Source of the DNA: Antechinus flavipes
Lineage: Eukaryota
Assembly: GCF_016432865.1 (NCBI RefSeq)
Contig: NC_067398.1
Span: 198,586,001 to 198,650,000 of the forward strand
Length of the DNA stretch: 64,000 nucleotides
Direction of reading: 5' to 3'
In this document: positions 63,340-64,000 of the stretch, in pieces
How the letters are laid out: each line of letters opens with the position of its first letter
Numbering within the stretch: position 1 is the first letter of the stretch
The notes under the pieces: model-generated
Told to the model about the DNA's origin: nothing
The model's database searches: none
The model's input: only the letters and a program-made list of their open reading frames with translations
Made by a program: the position numbers and the translations under genes

Positions 63340-64000
63340 AACAGGGCCCATAATCCCAGCAGCGGCGCAGACCGACCGATTCAAAGTGCACTTGGACCGC
63401 TTCTCTAGAGTTGAGCAGGGAACATGGCGGCTCCCGAGGACGCCTCCGAGGAAGACGGAGTAGAGACCCAGGCGGGCGGGGGGACCTTGCCGCCGCTGAA
63501 TGTCTCCATGGAGGTTCCCGCCGAAGTCGGGGTGGCCAGCGAGGCCTCCGCCAAGGTTGATGGTTTGGCCCAGGTCGATGGCACCGCCAAGGTTCCCGCC
63601 GAGGTCGGGGTCGCCGCCGAGGTCGATGTCGCCACCAAGGCTCCCACTGAGGTCGGGGTCGCCGCCAAGGTCCCCCACAGGGTCAATTTCGCCCTCGATG
63701 TCTCCACCGAGGCCAGTGTAGCCATCGAGGTCCCCGTCAAGGTCGATAGCGCCGCCGAGGTCCCCCCCGTATTCGGGGTGGCCACCGAAGTCCCCTCGGA
63801 GGTCCGGGTCGCCACCGAGGTCCTAGCCGAGGGCGACGTCGCCGCCGAGGTCGGGGTCGCGCCGGAGGTCGCGGCCGAGGTCGGGGTCACCGCCGAGGTC
63901 GCATTTCCCGCGGAAGAAGATGACTCCTTCGCAAACCAGTTGACCCCCTACCACACCCACTGGGTGGGACACTCCAAAAACCTCGTGGAACTCGCACAGC
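63340..64000. promoter_or_regulatory. CpG island covering the gene start
   Basis: Abrupt switch to high GC with abundant CpG in an otherwise CpG-depleted window. Confidence 0.9.
63424..64000 (+). CDS. First coding exon (partial) of an unidentified protein with an acidic Ala/Glu/Val/Gly repeat-rich N-terminus
   Basis: Strong Kozak aacATGG, in-frame TGA at 63412-63414, 192 stop-free codons to the window end: MAAPEDASEEDGVETQAGGGTLPPLNVSMEVPAEVGVASEASAKVDG...AAEVGVAPEVAAEVGVTAEVAFPAEEDDSFANQLTPYHTHWVGHSKNLVELAQ; no splice donor or stop seen within the window. Confidence 0.8.
   Translation, partial: MAAPEDASEEDGVETQAGGGTLPPLNVSMEVPAEVGVASEASAKVDGLAQVDGTAKVPAEVGVAAEVDVATKAPTEVGVAAKVPHRVNFALDVSTEASVAIEVPVKVDSAAEVPPVFGVATEVPSEVRVATEVLAEGDVAAEVGVAPEVAAEVGVTAEVAFPAEEDDSFANQLTPYHTHWVGHSKNLVELAQ

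Noticed and set aside
63277-63890. Minus-strand ORFs of 161 aa and 133 aa and the 73-aa plus ORF at 63500 in the ORF track
   Set aside because: They are antisense or alternate-frame shadows of the GC-rich 18-bp repeat. The plus frame from 63424 has a strong Kozak, an upstream in-frame stop and continues into non-repetitive sequence.
63500-63900. Repeat array as CRISPR-like or as an RSX-type lncRNA repeat
   Set aside because: There are no unique spacers or cas genes. Unit lengths are multiples of three and hold one reading frame, which fits a coding minisatellite; nothing else links it to RSX.
63940-64000. Naming the gene from the LVELAQ(P) resemblance to THEG-family ELAxPK repeats
   Set aside because: The match is too short and the preceding residues do not fit the THEG/THEGL sequences I recall, so the symbol is left empty.

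Overview
AT-rich vertebrate genomic DNA, almost certainly marsupial and probably a dasyurid or other Australian marsupial (inferred from WSINE1- and MAR1-type SINEs, marsupial-type L1 3' UTRs and RTE LINEs). Most of the window is transposable-element debris: L1 and ORF2-less HAL1-like elements, L2, MIR/MAR1, RTE, a hAT-Charlie DNA transposon and several solo LTRs. Main landmarks: (1) a three-level nest at 16.3-21.9 kb (solo LTR inside an ORF2-less L1 inside an ORF1-less L1); (2) a two-LTR betaretrovirus-like provirus at 22907-29307 on the minus strand, with tRNA-Lys PBS, gag, dUTPase/protease, pol and beta-type env, all defective; (3) an intronless B4GALT3 retro-pseudogene at about 41.6-42.5 kb; (4) an 18S rRNA fragment at 45732-45906 next to an LTR-in-LTR nest; (5) a CpG island at the right edge holding the start of an unidentified protein-coding gene (ATG 63424, open to the window end, not in the ORF track) with an Ala/Glu/Val/Gly hexapeptide-repeat N-terminus and an RFX X-box about 1.2 kb upstream. 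I see no CRISPR array, intact tRNA or prokaryotic system, and no clearly novel system. All identifications are by eye against remembered consensus sequences; TE boundaries are approximate unless a TSD is quoted.
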